Shown here: one piece after another, positions 62,586 to 64,000 of the stretch
Numbering within the stretch: position 1 is the stretch's first letter
Layout: each line of letters begins with the position of its first letter
Source: Chloroflexota bacterium
GTDB lineage: Bacteria > Chloroflexota > Anaerolineae > Anaerolineales > UBA11579
NCBI GenBank assembly: GCA_016191875.1
Contig: JACPVG010000029.1
Location: 272,237 to 336,236 of the forward strand
Direction: 5' to 3'
DNA: 64,000 bases
Notes under the pieces: generated by a model
Told to the model about the DNA's origin: nothing
Database searches by the model: none
The model's input: only the letters and a program-made list of their open reading frames with translations
Position numbers and translations under genes: made by a program

Positions 62586-64000
62586 ATGCCAACACTCCAG
62601 AAGACGCCCTTCAACTCCTTGCGTTTCAGACTGATGATGCTGGTTAGTCTGTCGCTCGTGCCGGTGCTTGTGTTAATGCTGGGTGTGTGGGGTTGGTTGC
62701 GCGAGAGCGCACATCAGTATTCCCGGCAGGAGACAGGCCGCTACGCCCAACTGATTCTCACTACACTTGAAAGCCAACTCAACCAAACACGCGAACTACT
62801 CGAAACGCTCAGCAGCACCCTGGACATCGATGGATTGGATGCGACGGAGTGTGGGGACACCATGCGGGCGCTAATAACGGAAATGCCGCGCTATCTACAG
62901 ATAGGGATTGCTTCGCCAGAAGGCGACGTCATCTGCAGTGCGTTGTCGCACACGGGCAACGTGAACATCCGCGACCGCCTGTATTTTCAGCAGGCGGTCG
63001 CGCTCAACGGATTCGCACTGGGCGAATACCAGGTGGGCCGCATTACCGGCAGACCGAGCATCAATGCGGCTATGCCTATTCAGGATGTGGAGGGGGAGTT
63101 GCGGGCTGTGGTCTTTGTGGCTCTGGACCTGGGTTTCTTTGAGTCGCTATTCAATGAATTTGACCTGCCGGACGGATCAACGCTACTGCTGTACCATTCA
63201 GATGGCCGTGTTCTGGCGCGGTTCCCGGACCCGCACCTGTGGGTGGGAGAGTTCATCGATGAAACCGAACTGTTCGCGGAGTTGCGCCAGCCTGCTCCTG
63301 ACCATCTCGCCACGCTGACGGACTCGGACGGCATCCAGCGCACCTATGCACATTTCGTGCTTGAGGCTCAATCCACCAATCCGATCGAATTTGTAGTTGG
63401 GGTTCCAACAGATGCTGCCACAAGCCGAATCAACGTTCTGCTTGGATGGATGCTATTGGTTTCCATTGCGATTCTGGTCGTTTCCCTGTCGGCCGCCTGG
63501 CTGGTGGGGGAGCACACGGTTCTTAAGTATCTCAGGCCGCTGCTGGCTGCAACGGAACGCCTGGCTGAAACAGAACCCAACCCGGTGGCACTGCCGCGAA
63601 TGGCTATCCGTGAATTTGACGTATTGGGGCAGGCTTTTGAGAAGATGTCCGGGGCTTTGTTGGGAGAGATCGACCGCCGCGCCTTGGCGGAGCGCCAGAC
63701 CCGCCAGCGGCTGGAGCAGCTTTCCGCCCTGCGCGCCATCGACCGGGCCATACTCTCTGGAACCACCGTGGAGGATATCCTCGTCGTGTTCCTCGATGTA
63801 GCCTGTTACCAGTTGCAGGCTCTTTCGGGCAGGCTGCTGCTGGCTGCACCTGGTTCACACGAGCTGGCCCTGGCGGCCCAGCATTTCAGCCGGGAGGGCG
63901 GCAGCGAACATCGAAACGAAGGGCATCCGAGCCTGGCTGAATACTCCGCGCGCACCCGGCGAATCGAAATTCTCCGTGCTCCGTCGCGCCCGCTGGAGCA
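62586..64000 (+). CDS. Sensor protein, N-terminal part (TM - Cache-like periplasmic domain - TM - HAMP - GAF-like); continues beyond the window
   Basis: Not in the track (runs off the edge). My translation from ATG 62586: MPTLQKTPFNSLRFRLMMLVSLSLVPVLVLML... is open for 471 codons. Second TM LLGWMLLVSIAILVVSLSAAWLV. HAMP-like LRPLLAATERL...FDVLGQAFEKMSGAL. Confidence 0.7.
   Translation, partial: MPTLQKTPFNSLRFRLMMLVSLSLVPVLVLMLGVWGWLRESAHQYSRQETGRYAQLILTTLESQLNQTRELLETLSSTLDIDGLDATECGDTMRALITEMPRYLQIGIASPEGDVICSALSHTGNVNIRDRLYFQQAVALNGFALGEYQVGRITGRPSINAAMPIQDVEGELRAVVFVALDLGFFESLFNEFDLPDGSTLLLYHSDGRVLARFPDPHLWVGEFIDETELFAELRQPAPDHLATLTDSDGIQRTYAHFVLEAQSTNPIEFVVGVPTDAATSRINVLLGWMLLVSIAILVVSLSAAWLVGEHTVLKYLRPLLAATERLAETEPNPVALPRMAIREFDVLGQAFEKMSGALLGEIDRRALAERQTRQRLEQLSALRAIDRAILSGTTVEDILVVFLDVACYQLQALSGRLLLAAPGSHELALAAQHFSREGGSEHRNEGHPSLAEYSARTRRIEILRAPSRPLE

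Noticed and set aside
1-64000. Search for CRISPR arrays, IS elements, integrases, prophage or toxin-antitoxin/defence genes
   Set aside because: I saw no spaced repeat arrays, no transposase or integrase or recombinase motifs and no terminal inverted repeats. The window looks like core and accessory metabolism rather than a mobile or defence island.

Overview
GC-rich, gene-dense bacterial chromosomal window. I recognised no rRNA, tRNA, CRISPR array, transposase or integrase. All family calls come from motif recognition in the supplied translations plus my own reading of the DNA; no searches were run. Layout: (1) 1-5.5 kb: four small secreted, membrane or cytoplasmic proteins that each carry Cys/His motifs, then a NarL-type two-component system and a LuxR-type solo. 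(2) 5.5-16.5 kb: a translationally coupled purine operon, purS-purS-purL fusion, purQ, purC, class-II-like purE, purF, purD-purM fusion, purN, purH, with no purK. (3) 16.6-23.3 kb: a GGDEF cyclase, then a divergent cassette of NTP_transf_5 nucleotidyltransferase | PqqD-like RRE, HPr-kinase-like P-loop kinase, GT4, sulfotransferase, GT2. It has no cyclase, protease or obvious precursor gene, and I rate it the best candidate for an undescribed RiPP-like or protein-tailoring system. (4) 23.4-27.9 kb: a beta-propeller dehydrogenase-cytochrome c lipoprotein and a thiolase + DUF35 + unknown trio. (5) 28.1-58.5 kb: a contiguous ~30 kb H2/CO2 supercluster. It comprises hypABFCDE (minus strand), divergent hdrCBA-mvhDGA plus protease, then a ~17 kb operon of HMA-like protein, cooS, acsB, CBS, acsD, acsC, acsV (RACo), radical SAM, acsE, malic enzyme, CxxC-less TrxR-like flavoprotein, metV-metF fusion and two cooC. 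The hyp/hdr divergent region holds a perfect TGTGA-N6-TCACA palindrome, a weaker second copy, a TATAAT box and a strong leader hairpin. (6) 58.7-64 kb: a MalT-like STAND-TPR regulator with a C-terminal SARP module, a 53-aa signal-anchored peptide separated by one in-frame TAG from an 81-aa NHLP-like protein, and a partial Cache-HAMP-GAF sensor. Several long antisense ORFs in the track look like high-GC artefacts.
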